Below, in pieces: positions 18,995 through 30,417 of a stretch of 44,393 nucleotides of DNA. Source of the DNA: a gamma proteobacterium symbiont of Bathyaustriella thionipta (GTDB lineage: Bacteria > Pseudomonadota > Gammaproteobacteria > GRL18). A model generated the notes under the pieces. That model was not told the origin of the DNA and did not search any database. It saw nothing but the letters and a program-made list of their open reading frames with translations. A program made the translations under genes and the position numbers. Positions within the stretch are counted from its first letter, which is position 1, and every line of letters starts with the position of its first letter. The stretch covers positions 1-44,393 of the forward strand of contig JAHXHI010000207.1 of NCBI GenBank assembly GCA_025656775.1, read 5' to 3'.

Positions 18995-21334
18995 ATGAGA
19001 CGTGCTGTTTTATCTATAGTTATTTTTATAAGCTCTATTTTTTCCTGTCAAATGGTATTCGCTGTTGATGCGTTTGAAATTGATAATATTAAAGTAGAAG
19101 GGTTACAGAGAATTTCAGCAGGTACGGTATTTAATTACCTTCCTTTGAAAGTAGGTGACAGAGTTGACGATAGAGCCGTATCGAAGTCTATTCGTCAGCT
19201 TTATAAAACGGGTTTTTTTAAAGATGTACGACTCGAACAGGAAGGTAATTCACTAATTGTTTTTGTTATTGAACGTCCTGCAATAGCGGATATTAAATTT
19301 GAAGGTAACAAAGATCTCGACTCTGAAGAACTGACCAAAGCATTAAAACAAATTGGTTTTGCTGAAGGACGTGTTTATGATAAATCGATATTACAACGTG
19401 TTATCGAAGAATTAAAACGCCAATATTATGCCCGAGGTAAATATGCAGTCAGGATTGATACTAAAGTAACGCCTCTTGAACGAAACCGTGTTGGTATCAG
19501 AATTGATGTTTCAGAAGGAAGAGTCACCACTATCCACCAGATCAATATTGTGGGTAATCACGTATTTGAAACCGAAGAATTATTAGATGAAATAGAGCTG
19601 ACGACACCCACTTTATTCTCTTTTTATACTAAAACTGATCAGTATTCCAAGCAAAAATTGGCGGGTGATCTGGAAACTCTGCGTTCCTATTATCTTGATC
19701 GGGGTTATATTAATTTTAAAATTGAATCAACTCAGGTTGCTATTACGCCTGATAAAAAACAAATTTATATTACTATCAATATTTCTGAGGGTGATAAGTA
19801 TATCATTAAAGAAGTTAAACTGGCCGGTGATTTAATTATTGACCCTGAAGAAATTTTTCCCGTTGTGGAAATACAGAAAGGGCAGTTTTTTTCAAGAAAA
19901 AATATTACCCGAACCAGTGAGTCTATTGTTGAATTGCTCGGTAAAGCCGGTTATGCCTTTTCTAATGTGAATCCAATTCCTCAAGTTGATGACATAACAA
20001 AAGAAGTGACGCTGACTTTTTTTGTTGACCCGGGCAGTCGGGTTTATGTGCGTCGCATTAATATTGTTGGCAATACGAATACGTCAGATGAAGTGATTCG
20101 CCGTGAAATGCGTCAGTTTGAAAATTACTGGATTTCAACAACTGATGTGGAACGTTCAAAACAGCGTCTGCAAAGATTAGGTTTTTTTAAGGAAGTCAGT
20201 GTTGAAACTCCCGCTGTACCGGGCACTGCAGACTTAGTTGACGTGGTTTATACGGTTGAAGAGCAGTCAACAGGAAGTATCAATGCCGGTATGGGTTTTT
20301 CTCAATCTCAGGGGCTTATTTTTAACTTCAGTGTTGCTCAGAATAACTTTTTAGGGACCGGTAATCGTTATGCAGTGGCTGCTAATACCAGTGTTGCTAA
20401 TACGCTTTATAGCCTGAGTGTCACCGATCCCTATTTTACCGATGATGGCATCAGTCGGACCTGGCGCTTTAATTGGCGCGAAACCGATCTGGATGAAGAA
20501 AATTTATCTAATTATGCAACCGATAATGTCAGTGCAGGTATTGGTTTTGGTGTGCCTATTAATGAATTTGACCGCATTGGTTTTGCTTTGGATTTTGAAA
20601 ATACCAAAATTGATTTACCTAATTACCCGTATACTGCTTTTGATATTCTTAAATTTGTTGCTGATGAAGGTGATAATTTTAATACCTTAAGGTTTTCTGC
20701 TAACTGGTCACACGATAGTCGTAATAAATCGATTTTTCCTACTCGTGGTGCGTTGCAGCGTTTATCAGGTGATATGGCTCTGCCGGGTAGTGACCTGTCG
20801 TTCTATCATCTTAATTATGTGCAGCAGCGTTTTTTCCCGTTAACCAGAACAATGACGCTGATGATGAAGGGCAATATTGGTTATGCCGGTACAATAGGCG
20901 GTGATTCGTTTCCTCCCTTTGAGAAGTATTACGCCGGTGGAATGAACGATGTTCGAGGTTATAAGTCAAATACTTTAGGCCCAAGAGATGATAAAAAGCA
21001 TACGGTTGTAATTAATGGTCAAAAAGTCACTCATAATGCCACTTATGATCCTTTAGGCGGCCAATTAAAAGTAATAGCTAATGCCGAGGTTATTTTACCT
21101 GTACCTTTTGTTAAAGATTCTTCGGGATATCGTTTGAGTGGTTTTTTCGATATCGGTAATGTATTTGAAGAAGCGGGTGATTTTGATGTCGGTGAATTAC
21201 GTTATACAACCGGTATTTCAGGTGCATGGCTAAGTCCATTTGGTTTACTAAGAGTCAGCATCGCGGCACCCTTAAATGAAGAAGACGGTGATGATACTGA
21301 AGTATTCCAGTTTTCATTTGGACAAAATTTTTAA
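18995..21334 (+). CDS. bamA: Outer membrane protein assembly factor BamA
   Basis: Signal peptide, POTRA repeats ([10 protein letters not shown]...), VRGY loop motif, C-terminal FQFSFGQNF. Confidence 0.98.
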   Translation: MRRAVLSIVIFISSIFSCQMVFAVDAFEIDNIKVEGLQRISAGTVFNYLPLKVGDRVDDRAVSKSIRQLYKTGFFKDVRLEQEGNSLIVFVIERPAIADIKFEGNKDLDSEELTKALKQIGFAEGRVYDKSILQRVIEELKRQYYARGKYAVRIDTKVTPLERNRVGIRIDVSEGRVTTIHQINIVGNHVFETEELLDEIELTTPTLFSFYTKTDQYSKQKLAGDLETLRSYYLDRGYINFKIESTQVAITPDKKQIYITINISEGDKYIIKEVKLAGDLIIDPEEIFPVVEIQKGQFFSRKNITRTSESIVELLGKAGYAFSNVNPIPQVDDITKEVTLTFFVDPGSRVYVRRINIVGNTNTSDEVIRREMRQFENYWISTTDVERSKQRLQRLGFFKEVSVETPAVPGTADLVDVVYTVEEQSTGSINAGMGFSQSQGLIFNFSVAQNNFLGTGNRYAVAANTSVANTLYSLSVTDPYFTDDGISRTWRFNWRETDLDEENLSNYATDNVSAGIGFGVPINEFDRIGFALDFENTKIDLPNYPYTAFDILKFVADEGDNFNTLRFSANWSHDSRNKSIFPTRGALQRLSGDMALPGSDLSFYHLNYVQQRFFPLTRTMTLMMKGNIGYAGTIGGDSFPPFEKYYAGGMNDVRGYKSNTLGPRDDKKHTVVINGQKVTHNATYDPLGGQLKVIANAEVILPVPFVKDSSGYRLSGFFDIGNVFEEAGDFDVGELRYTTGISGAWLSPFGLLRVSIAAPLNEEDGDDTEVFQFSFGQNF

Positions 21335-21480
21335 GCAATTATTCAATAGCTGTTCGTAATATTGAATAGAATGTAGCATACTATCAAACAGCGTTGATAG
21401 TTATTCGATACTCTATCGTACCTGGGTATTGTTTACAGTTATAACTTGTAAAGATTTATATTAAAATTTTAGGAAAAAAA

Positions 21481-21993
21481 ATGATTGCATATACTCGATT
21501 ATTTATTTTAATCACATTGCTTTTTTCAGTGCCTTTTGCTTATGCTGAGCAAAAAATTGCTTTTGTTAATCAGGCTAAACTTTTACAAAAAGCACCTCAG
21601 GCAGAATCAGCTCGCAATAAATTACAAAAAGAATTTTCTAAACGGGACAAATCTCTGGTTAGCTTACAAAAGCAAATTATCAAAAATGAAGAAAAATTAA
21701 AGAAGGATGCTGCTATTTTATCCTCTGCTGAACTTAATAAATTAAAAAGAAAAATTATCTTATTGAGAAGGGATTTAGAGCGTGATAAGTTGGCTTTCAA
21801 AGAAGATGTCAGTATTCGCCAAAATGAAGAGCTGGTTAAATTGCAGAAATCAGTTCTTAAATCAATTCAAGCGATTGCCCAGAAAGAAAAATATGATTTA
21901 ATTATTAGTGAAGGGGTTATCTATGCGAGTAAGCAAATTGATATTACTGATAAAATTCTGGCTCAACTAAAAAAGCAATATTCAGGTAAATAA
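21481..21993 (+). CDS. skp: Periplasmic chaperone Skp/OmpH
   Basis: Signal peptide, KIAFVN, coiled-coil, YDLII and DITDKIL; lies between bamA and lpxD. Confidence 0.93.
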   Translation: MIAYTRLFILITLLFSVPFAYAEQKIAFVNQAKLLQKAPQAESARNKLQKEFSKRDKSLVSLQKQIIKNEEKLKKDAAILSSAELNKLKRKIILLRRDLERDKLAFKEDVSIRQNEELVKLQKSVLKSIQAIAQKEKYDLIISEGVIYASKQIDITDKILAQLKKQYSGK

Positions 21994-22014
21994 TTCAGGT
22001 TTATACTTTAGATA

Positions 22015-23046
22015 ATGTCTATCCCTACACGACAGGCCAGTCTGAAAGAGCTGGCTGATGTGATTGGTGCTAAAATTCATGGTGATCCAGAAACTTTTAT
22101 TTCTGGCATTGCCACGCTTGAACACGCAGGCCCGGGGGATCTCAGTTTTTTTTCAAACCGAAAATATCATAAATATTTATTAGAAACTCAAGCATCTATT
22201 GTGATACTTCATCCAGATGATTTGTCTAATTGCCCGAGCAGTGCAATATTATTCAATGACCCTTACCTTGCCTATGCTAAAATAGCGACCTGGCTGACAA
22301 AACCAAAAACTCAGCAGGTTGAAATTGCAGCCAATGCAGTATTAGAAGATAATGTCACTCTAGGTGAAAATATCAGTATTGGGGCTCATGTTGTTATTGG
22401 TACGGGTTCTAAAATTGGCGATAATGTAAGGTTACATGCTGGCTGTAGTATTGCTGACAATGTCACCATTGCCGATAGCACAATACTTTATCCTAATGTT
22501 TCAATTTATTCTAATGTGTCAATTGGAAAACAATGTATTATTCATTCGGGTGCAGTGATTGGCAGTGACGGCTTCGGCATTGCAAATGAGCAGGGAGACT
22601 GGTTCAAAGTACCGCAGTTAGGACATGTTGTTGTTGGTGATAATGTGGAAGTCGGGGCCAATACAACGATTGACAGAGGTGCCATTGAAGATACTATTAT
22701 TGAAAATGGTGTTAAACTGGATAACTTGATTCAAATTGCACATAATGTTCGTATTGGTGAAAATACAGCCATTGCAGGTTGTGTAGGAATAGCTGGAAGT
22801 TCAACTATTGGCAAATATTGTGCCATTGGTGGTGGCGCAGGTATTCTTGGACATTTGAATATTGCTGATCATGTTCATATTACTGCGACTTCATTGGTTA
22901 CTAAATCAATTACTGAAGCGGGTGTTTATTCATCTGGAACTCCATTACAAGAAAATGCACAATGGCATAAAAATTTTATTCGTTTTAAACAACTGGATAA
23001 AATGGCTCGACGTTTGAGTGAACTGGAAAAAAGAAACAACCTTTAA
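22015..23046 (+). CDS. lpxD: UDP-3-O-(3-hydroxyacyl)glucosamine N-acyltransferase
   Basis: Hexapeptide repeats, GSDGFG, GANTTIDRGA, DNLIQIAHNV. Confidence 0.98.
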   Translation: MSIPTRQASLKELADVIGAKIHGDPETFISGIATLEHAGPGDLSFFSNRKYHKYLLETQASIVILHPDDLSNCPSSAILFNDPYLAYAKIATWLTKPKTQQVEIAANAVLEDNVTLGENISIGAHVVIGTGSKIGDNVRLHAGCSIADNVTIADSTILYPNVSIYSNVSIGKQCIIHSGAVIGSDGFGIANEQGDWFKVPQLGHVVVGDNVEVGANTTIDRGAIEDTIIENGVKLDNLIQIAHNVRIGENTAIAGCVGIAGSSTIGKYCAIGGGAGILGHLNIADHVHITATSLVTKSITEAGVYSSGTPLQENAQWHKNFIRFKQLDKMARRLSELEKRNNL

Positions 23047-23179
23047 CGCACCTATTCAACATGATTGGCCTGGAAGTTTTGTGAACTATAGTCTAAAAAG
23101 GCTGAACAATCCGGCATACCGCTAGTTTTAGTAATTTATGAGCTTTAACTCTTTATAAGCTTTAGCAAAGAAGAACAAA

Positions 23180-23635
23180 ATGGAAAAACAACTTAATTCA
23201 ATGGATATTAATGATGTTTTAGAGCATCTGCCGCATCGTTACCCATTCTTATTAGTGGATAAGGTTATTGATTTTGAACCTGGAAAATCACTAACAGCCC
23301 TTAAAAATGTCACCTATAATGAACCACAGTTTACGGGACATTTTCCTCAAAAACCTATTTTGCCGGGTGTTTTAGTGATTGAAGCGCTAGCTCAGGCAAC
23401 CGGAATTTTAGCCTATAAATCCACAGGTTCTAAACCTAATGGTGAATCGTTGTATTATTTGGTCGGTATTGACAAAGCTCGGTTTAAACGTCCTGTTAAT
23501 CCGGGAGAGCAGTTGATTTTGAAGGTTGAGGTGATTAAAAACATGCGTGGTGTGTGGAAATTCCAGGCGGTGGCAACGGTTGATGATAATATCGTTGCCT
23601 CGGCAGAATTAATGTGTGCTGAGAGAGATGCCTGA
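23180..23635 (+). CDS. fabZ: 3-hydroxyacyl-ACP dehydratase
   Basis: LPHRYPFLLVD, GHFP, PGVLVIEALAQ. Confidence 0.98.
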   Translation: MEKQLNSMDINDVLEHLPHRYPFLLVDKVIDFEPGKSLTALKNVTYNEPQFTGHFPQKPILPGVLVIEALAQATGILAYKSTGSKPNGESLYYLVGIDKARFKRPVNPGEQLILKVEVIKNMRGVWKFQAVATVDDNIVASAELMCAERDA

Positions 23636-23640
23636 ACGTC

Positions 23641-24438
23641 ATGTCTCAACAGAAAATTCATTCTAATATCCACCCTACGGCTATAATTGATCCTTCTGCT
23701 GAACTGGCAGATGATATTGAAATTGGTCCATATTCCGTTATTGGAAAAAAAGTTAAAATTGATACGGGTAATAAAATCGGTTCCCATGTTGTTATCAATG
23801 GACCGACGTTTATTGGTAAAGATAATACCTTTTATCAATTTGGTTCAATCGGTGAAGCACCGCAGGATAAAAAGTATCAAGGGGAAGAGACGACGCTCGA
23901 AATAGGTGATAGAAATGTCGTTCGCGAGTTTACTACTTTAAATCGTGGTACTGTTCAGGACCGTGGCGCAACAACACTGGGTGATGATAATCTCATTATG
24001 GCCTATGTGCATATCGCTCACGACTGTGTGCTCGGCAGTGACATTATTCTGGCAAATAATGTGGCATTGGCGGGTCATGTGAATATCCATAGTCAGGCAA
24101 TTTTAGGTGGTTTTTCATTAGTCCATCAATTCTGTACTGTTGGTTCCTATGCTTTTACTGCAATGAATAGTGTTATCTCCAAGGATGTACCACCCTATGT
24201 GATGGTTTCAGGTCATATGGCAAAACCTCATGGTCTTAATATGGAAGGTTTAAAGCGCCAGGGATTTTCTACTGAGACGATAAAATCAATACGAAATGCC
24301 TACAAAGCACTTTATCGTTCAAACCTTACTTTAGATGATGCTGTCACTGAGATTAATGAGCTGGCCACCAATTGTGCTGAATTAGCACCTATGATTGATT
24401 TCCTTGAAAATAATGTTAAACGAGGAATTATTCGCTGA
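23641..24438 (+). CDS. lpxA: UDP-N-acetylglucosamine O-acyltransferase
   Basis: IHPTAII, PQDKKY, NRGTVQ, HIAHDC, LAGHV, VHQF, RGIIR. Confidence 0.98.
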   Translation: MSQQKIHSNIHPTAIIDPSAELADDIEIGPYSVIGKKVKIDTGNKIGSHVVINGPTFIGKDNTFYQFGSIGEAPQDKKYQGEETTLEIGDRNVVREFTTLNRGTVQDRGATTLGDDNLIMAYVHIAHDCVLGSDIILANNVALAGHVNIHSQAILGGFSLVHQFCTVGSYAFTAMNSVISKDVPPYVMVSGHMAKPHGLNMEGLKRQGFSTETIKSIRNAYKALYRSNLTLDDAVTEINELATNCAELAPMIDFLENNVKRGIIR

Positions 24439-25604
24439 TGCGTATTGGCATCATTGCAGGTGAGGCTTCAGGTGATATTCTTGCTGCAGGATTAATTAGT
24501 GCAATATTAAAACAATATCCTGATGCTCAATTTGAAGGTATTGCCGGGCCGTTAATGGTTGAAGCAGGCTGCAAGGCTATTTATCCTGCTGAAAAATTAT
24601 CCGTTATGGGGCTTGTTGAAGTACTTGCCCATTATCGTGAATTATCCTCTATTCGTAAAGAACTTATCCGCCACTTTATTAATAATCCACCGGATGTTTT
24701 TATCGGTATTGATGCCCCGGATTTTAATCTCGTTGTGGAATCCACACTTAAACAGGCGGGTATCGGTACAATACATTATGTCAGTCCATCGGTATGGGCC
24801 TGGCGTCAGTATCGTCTGGGTAAAATATCCCGGGCTGTTGATTTGATGCTGACTTTGTTTCCGTTTGAAGCACGATTTTATGAAAACCATAATATCTCAG
24901 TAAAATATATAGGACACACGCTTGCAGATGAAATTGATATGCATATTGATATTCATCAGGCTCGACAGAAAATACAGCTTGAAGTAGGTCCGGAGCAGTC
25001 TGTAGTCGCTGTTTTACCCGGTAGTCGAATGTCAGAAGTGACTCGACTGGCAAAGCCCTTTATTGAAACACTGCTTCATTGTTTACATCTGAGACCGAAT
25101 CTGATTTTTACTATTCCCTTTGTCAATGAGAAAACACGTCAGTTTTTTATGCAGGAGCTTAATCAGCTGACGGTTAATAATCCAGATGTACGCTCACAAT
25201 TTATGCCATTTGATGGCTGTTCCAGGGATGTTATGGCTGCATCTGATGCCGTTCTTCTGGCTTCCGGAACCGCGGCACTTGAAGCATTATTATTAAAAAA
25301 ACCGATGCTGGTTGCTTATAAATTATCGCCAGTGACTTATTGGGTGGCGAAACGTTTATTAAAAGTACCTTATTATTCCCTGCCAAATCTGTTGGCCGGC
25401 GATTCTCTGGTTGAAGAAATTACTCAGAATGAAGTGCGTTCTGACGTGTTAGCACCAAAACTACTCAGTTTGCTTTCCAATGAATTATGGCAGAGTAAAC
25501 TGGAAATTTTTGATGATATTCATAAATTACTACGCCAAAATGCGGATCAAACAGCAGCACAGGCGGTGATTGATTATCTAAATGAGCATGGCAAACTTAG
25601 ATGA
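24438..25604 (+). CDS. lpxB: Lipid-A-disaccharide synthase
   Basis: [37 protein letters not shown]. Confidence 0.98.
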   Translation: MRIGIIAGEASGDILAAGLISAILKQYPDAQFEGIAGPLMVEAGCKAIYPAEKLSVMGLVEVLAHYRELSSIRKELIRHFINNPPDVFIGIDAPDFNLVVESTLKQAGIGTIHYVSPSVWAWRQYRLGKISRAVDLMLTLFPFEARFYENHNISVKYIGHTLADEIDMHIDIHQARQKIQLEVGPEQSVVAVLPGSRMSEVTRLAKPFIETLLHCLHLRPNLIFTIPFVNEKTRQFFMQELNQLTVNNPDVRSQFMPFDGCSRDVMAASDAVLLASGTAALEALLLKKPMLVAYKLSPVTYWVAKRLLKVPYYSLPNLLAGDSLVEEITQNEVRSDVLAPKLLSLLSNELWQSKLEIFDDIHKLLRQNADQTAAQAVIDYLNEHGKLR

Positions 25605-26200
25605 GCTTTGAACCCAACTTTTTAAGTTTAACCGGTTATATTGCGGGTGTTGATGAAGTAGGTCGTGGTCCTCTTGCCGGTGCTGTTGTAACCGCTGCGG
25701 TTATTCTTGATCCTGACAAGCCAATTGAGGGCTTAAATGATTCAAAAAAACTAACAGAAAAAAAACGCATTGTTCTCGCTGAACAAATTAAGGAAAGGGC
25801 ACTGAGCTATTCTATTGCCAGAGCTGAACATGAAGAAGTGGATGAGTTCAATATTTTTCATGCCACTTTACTGGCCATGAAACGTGCTGTGGCCGGGTTA
25901 GATATGACCCCTGACATGGTATTAGTCGATGGTAAGTTTTGTCCACAAATCCCATACCCTTGTGAAGCAGTTATTAAAGGTGATTCAAAAGTGGCGGCCA
26001 TCAGTGCAGCGTCAATACTGGCGAAAGTATCCCGTGATAATGAAATGATTGCACTGGATAAAGTCTATCCTGGTTATGGCTTTGCCAAACATAAAGGTTA
26101 TCCGACAAAATTTCATATTGATGCATTACAGACACGTGGCATCACACCCATTCATCGAAAAAGTTTTAAACCAGTACAAAAAATTATTAATCAAAATTAA
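25601..26200 (+). CDS. rnhB: Ribonuclease HII
   Basis: [38 protein letters not shown]. Confidence 0.98.
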   Translation: MSFEPNFLSLTGYIAGVDEVGRGPLAGAVVTAAVILDPDKPIEGLNDSKKLTEKKRIVLAEQIKERALSYSIARAEHEEVDEFNIFHATLLAMKRAVAGLDMTPDMVLVDGKFCPQIPYPCEAVIKGDSKVAAISAASILAKVSRDNEMIALDKVYPGYGFAKHKGYPTKFHIDALQTRGITPIHRKSFKPVQKIINQN

Positions 26201-26260
26201 AGTTCTCAACTTTTTTAAACGAATCAGTCAACGACTTAAATACATAAGGCATCCAGGATT

Positions 26261-29200
26261 ATGTCCAATCAATTTATTCATTTGAATCTGCATACAGAAT
26301 TTTCACTGGTGGATGGCATTGTACGTCTTAAACCATTGATTAAATCAATTCAAGAGTCAGAAATGCCAGCCATTGCTATTACTGATCAAAGTAATCTTTA
26401 TGCTCTGGTTAAATTGTATCAAGCCTGTCTTGGCGCGGGAATAAAACCTGTTTTGGGTGCGGATTTATGGTTGAAAAATGAAGATGATGCTGTAAAACCA
26501 TTTCGTTTGTTGGTTTTATGTAAGAATAATGAAGGTTATCTCAATCTGAAAAAACTGATTACTCAGAGCTATCTTCATGGTCAGCACCTTGGCAAGGCCA
26601 TGATTGAAGGCAGTTGGTTAGCTGACGCTTCAACGGGGTTAATTGCGCTAATCGGTAAAGAAAGTGATGTGGGGGTATTATTACATGAAGATAAACAAAC
26701 TGAGGCTGAACAGGCCTTAAAATTCTATCAAAATCTATTTCCAGAGAGCTTGTATCTTGAATTGCAACGAACTTCACGCGTTGGAGATGAGAGATTCTTA
26801 CATCAGGCTGTAGACATTGCAGGACGCTTAAATATCCCTGTCGTTGCCAGCAATGCTGTACGCTTTCTGAAAAAGGATGATTTTTCTGCTCATGAAGCAC
26901 GTGTGTGTGTCAATCAGGGGCGTGTGCTGGGTGACAAAAAACGTCCGCGTGATTATTCAGAGGAACAATATTTAAAATCTCAGAGTGAAATGAAGGCGCT
27001 ATTTGCTGATATTCCAGAGGCGATTGAAAATAGTGTAGAGATTGCAAAACGCTGTAATGTCACCTTACATCTCGGGGAAAATTTCTTACCAGACTTCCCG
27101 ATCCCCGATGGGATGAGTATGGATGACTATTTTCGAAAACTTTCCCATGATGGATTGAATAAACGTTTCATCCAACTTTTTGGAGAAAACTGCTTAGAAG
27201 ATAGTCATTTTCAAGACAAAATAAAGGAATATCGAGAACGACTTGATATTGAACTGGATGTCATCATCCAAATGGGATTTCCCGGTTACTTTCTTATTGT
27301 TGCCGACTTTATTCAATGGTCCAAAGAAAATGATGTACCAGTAGGACCAGGTCGTGGTTCTGGTGCGGGTTCGTTAGTGGCATATGCGATGACGATTACC
27401 GATCTGGATCCACTGGAATACGACTTGCTGTTTGAACGTTTTCTTAATCCTGAAAGGGTTTCCATGCCAGATTTTGATATTGATTTTTGTATGGACGGGC
27501 GGGATAAAGTCATTCAATATGTGGCGGACACTTATGGCCGTGATCGCGTGTCACAAATCATTACTTTTGGTTCGATGGCGGCTAAAGCGGCGATTCGTGA
27601 TGTCGGTCGTGTGCAGGGGCAGGGCTACGGTTTTGTTGATTCTCTGGCCAAGCTGATTCCCATGGATATTGGTATTACTATCTCACAGGCACTGGAGCAA
27701 GAAGAGGAATTACAACGTCGTTATGAGACGGATGAAGCGGTTAAAGATTTAATTGATATGGCGCTTGCACTGGAAGGGATTACAAAAAATGTGGGTAAAC
27801 ACGCGGGTGGAGTGGTTATATCTCCCAGTGATATTAATGATTTTTCGCCTGTTTATTGTGAAGAAGATTCAAAAAGTATTGTCACTCAGTATGATAAAAA
27901 TGATGTTGAAACAGTGGGCCTGGTTAAATTTGACTTCTTAGGTTTAAAAACGCTGACGGTCATTGATTGGGCATTAAAAATTATTAATGCACGAAAAGAA
28001 AAAATGGGTGAGGCTGTCATTGATATTGCACAAATTGATTTAACCGATCGCGCCTCATTTAACACACTTAAAGCCAGTGATACCACTGCAGTTTTTCAGC
28101 TTGAATCCAGAGGTATGAAAGATCTGATCAAGCGGTTGCAGCCGGATTGTTTTGAAGATATTGTCGCTTTAGTGGCGCTCTTTAGACCTGGGCCATTACA
28201 ATCAGGTATGGTTGATGATTTTATTGATCGAAAACATGGTCGCCAAAAAGTAGAGTATCCTCATCCCTCACTTGAGCCCATTCTACAACCCACTTATGGT
28301 ACCATTTTGTATCAGGAACAGGTGATGCAGATATCTCAGGTGCTTGCTGGCTACACTCTGGGTGGAGCCGATTTATTACGTCGGGCAATGGGTAAGAAAA
28401 AACCTGAAGTGATGGCAGAACAACGCTCTATTTTTGAAGATGGTTCGGTTGAAAATGGTGTCGATAAAGAAATTGCTACTCATATTTTTGACCAGATGGA
28501 AAAGTTTGCAGCTTATGGTTTTAATAAATCTCACTCAGCGGCTTATGCACTGGTGTCTTATCAAACGCTCTGGTTAAAGACTCATTATGTTGAATCCTTT
28601 ATGGCAGCCGTATTATCCGCTGATATGGATAACACAGAAAAAGTGGTGGTCGTCATTGAAGAGTGTCGTGATGCCAACCTTAAAGTCACCACACCCAATG
28701 TGAATCTTTCGGAATACAAATTTTCAGTCAGTGATAAAGATGAAGTTGTATTTGGTCTGGGTGCCATAAAAGGTGTCGGTGAAGGGGCCATTGAAAGTAT
28801 TATTGAAGGACGTAAAACGGGTGGTGTTTATAACGATCTTCAAGACTTTTGTAATCGTGTTGATTTGCGGCGCTGTAATAAACGAGTGATGGAAACGTTA
28901 GCCAAAGCAGGCGCTCTGGATGATTTTGGTTGTACACGAGCGACGCTGTTAAATGCGATCCCTGAAGCAACAAAAGCCGCTGAACAGTTTTCCAAAGCAC
29001 AGGCTGTCGGGCAAGATGATCTCTTTGGTGGTGACTTCTTTGATACCGGCGCTTTGGATAGTACTTCTGATAATGCTGCCAGTAGTTTTGAACAACTGCC
29101 TGAATGGCCGGAAGATGAGCGTCTGCGTTTAGAAAAAGAGACGCTTGGGCTCTATCTGACTGGCCATCCCATTGAACAATATTTAACTGAACTGCGTCAT

Positions 29201-29752
29201 TTTACCACTCATAAATTGATGGAGCTTAATCCAGACAAAAAACAAAATATTGTCATTGCCGGTTTAATCATTGCCATGCGAACCATGAATACTAAACGTG
29301 GTGATAAAATGGCTTTTGTTACCATTGATGATCGCAGTGGACGTCAGGAGATAGCTTTGTTTGCCGATAAATATGAAATGTATAAAGATATATTAATCAA
29401 AGATTCAATTATTGTGCTTTCAGGTGAACTGGGTCTGGATCATTATTCCGGGAATGCCCGTGTTAATGTGGATACTATTTATGACCTGGATGGCGCCAGA
29501 AATCGATATGCCAGACGTTTAGCCATTGATATTAACTATCATCAGATTGATGAAGCATTTATTGAAAATTTTAAAGAAGTGATCACACCTTTTAGAGAAG
29601 GAGGGGAGTGTCCTATTGTTTGTAATTATCGTGGTGAAAAAGCACAAACGATGATTAATTTATCAAATGACTGGAATGTTCGATTGACGAAAGAATTATT
29701 GAGTCGAATTGATAAATTAACACAACATCAAAGTAAGATTATGTATCGTTAG
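26261..29752 (+). CDS. dnaE: DNA polymerase III subunit alpha
   Basis: PHP domain (HLNLHTEFSLVDG), GPGRGSGAGS, RVSMPDFDIDF, YGFNKSHSAAY, OB fold; 1163 aa, no intein-sized insert. Confidence 0.99.
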   Translation: MSNQFIHLNLHTEFSLVDGIVRLKPLIKSIQESEMPAIAITDQSNLYALVKLYQACLGAGIKPVLGADLWLKNEDDAVKPFRLLVLCKNNEGYLNLKKLITQSYLHGQHLGKAMIEGSWLADASTGLIALIGKESDVGVLLHEDKQTEAEQALKFYQNLFPESLYLELQRTSRVGDERFLHQAVDIAGRLNIPVVASNAVRFLKKDDFSAHEARVCVNQGRVLGDKKRPRDYSEEQYLKSQSEMKALFADIPEAIENSVEIAKRCNVTLHLGENFLPDFPIPDGMSMDDYFRKLSHDGLNKRFIQLFGENCLEDSHFQDKIKEYRERLDIELDVIIQMGFPGYFLIVADFIQWSKENDVPVGPGRGSGAGSLVAYAMTITDLDPLEYDLLFERFLNPERVSMPDFDIDFCMDGRDKVIQYVADTYGRDRVSQIITFGSMAAKAAIRDVGRVQGQGYGFVDSLAKLIPMDIGITISQALEQEEELQRRYETDEAVKDLIDMALALEGITKNVGKHAGGVVISPSDINDFSPVYCEEDSKSIVTQYDKNDVETVGLVKFDFLGLKTLTVIDWALKIINARKEKMGEAVIDIAQIDLTDRASFNTLKASDTTAVFQLESRGMKDLIKRLQPDCFEDIVALVALFRPGPLQSGMVDDFIDRKHGRQKVEYPHPSLEPILQPTYGTILYQEQVMQISQVLAGYTLGGADLLRRAMGKKKPEVMAEQRSIFEDGSVENGVDKEIATHIFDQMEKFAAYGFNKSHSAAYALVSYQTLWLKTHYVESFMAAVLSADMDNTEKVVVVIEECRDANLKVTTPNVNLSEYKFSVSDKDEVVFGLGAIKGVGEGAIESIIEGRKTGGVYNDLQDFCNRVDLRRCNKRVMETLAKAGALDDFGCTRATLLNAIPEATKAAEQFSKAQAVGQDDLFGGDFFDTGALDSTSDNAASSFEQLPEWPEDERLRLEKETLGLYLTGHPIEQYLTELRHFTTHKLMELNPDKKQNIVIAGLIIAMRTMNTKRGDKMAFVTIDDRSGRQEIALFADKYEMYKDILIKDSIIVLSGELGLDHYSGNARVNVDTIYDLDGARNRYARRLAIDINYHQIDEAFIENFKEVITPFREGGECPIVCNYRGEKAQTMINLSNDWNVRLTKELLSRIDKLTQHQSKIMYR

Positions 29753-29756
29753 TACG

Positions 29757-30176
29757 ATGTCTCTGCTGACATTATTTTTTAGTGGTTTCACTTCGGCAAC
29801 TCTGCTTCCCGGAAGCTCTGAAGCATTATTTTTGTTTATGCTGTCAGAACAAATCTGGGAGCCCGGCATATTGATCTTAGTTGTTGGGATCGGGAATTCT
29901 CTGGGGGGAATGACAAACTGGGTTTTAGGTTTGTTGATCCGCAAAGGACTTTATAAAAACCAACAACACACGTCACAAAGCAAAAGCTATTATAAAGCAG
30001 AACAATGGCTGCAAAAATTCGGTGCCCCAGCATTGTTTCTAAGCTTTCTTCCTATTATTGGTGACCCATTGTGTGTCGTCGCTGGTTTGGTAAAAATGGA
30101 TTGGCTAAAGGCGCTGTTTTTTATTTCTCTAGGAAAGTTTTTTCGCTATTTTATATTAAGTTATTTTATTTTTTAA
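29757..30176 (+). CDS. YqaA-like DedA/SNARE-associated membrane protein
   Basis: FTSATLLPGSSE, GNSLGGMTNW, LPIIGDPLCVVAG and GKFFRY motifs. Confidence 0.9.
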   Translation: MSLLTLFFSGFTSATLLPGSSEALFLFMLSEQIWEPGILILVVGIGNSLGGMTNWVLGLLIRKGLYKNQQHTSQSKSYYKAEQWLQKFGAPALFLSFLPIIGDPLCVVAGLVKMDWLKALFFISLGKFFRYFILSYFIF

Positions 30177-30179
30177 TCA

Positions 30180-30417
30180 ATACATAAAAAGAAGCCTGTC
30201 CTGATTTTCTTGGTGTCGTTGTTATCCGCTTCATTATACTGGTACAGCCTATAAACCTAAAAACCGCAGTTGCCCCTGCCATAATCAGTCTATCCATCGT
30301 TTTATATCAAGTTTGCTACTCGTCTTTGAATATGATTTCAAATTCCTTCACAGACCTGTATCTGTCACCTGATGCTCAGATAACCCCGATGTGACTCCAG
30401 TAATTAAAATTTTTCAT
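30180..30417 (-). pseudogene. Degraded NAD-dependent epimerase/extended-SDR gene remnant
   Basis: The ATG overlaps the sortase stop (TGATG). Removing one A from the A5 run gives MKILITGVTSGL-SEHQVTDTG, a Rossmann-fold N-terminus, then a stop at 30348. The downstream boundary is uncertain. Confidence 0.5.

Noticed and set aside
23072-23096. Sigma-E-like promoter (GGAAGTT...GTCTAA) before fabZ
   Set aside because: The spacing is about 3 nt too short for the RpoE consensus.
26261-29752. Intein or split in dnaE
   Set aside because: Normal length, continuous motifs, no intein signatures.
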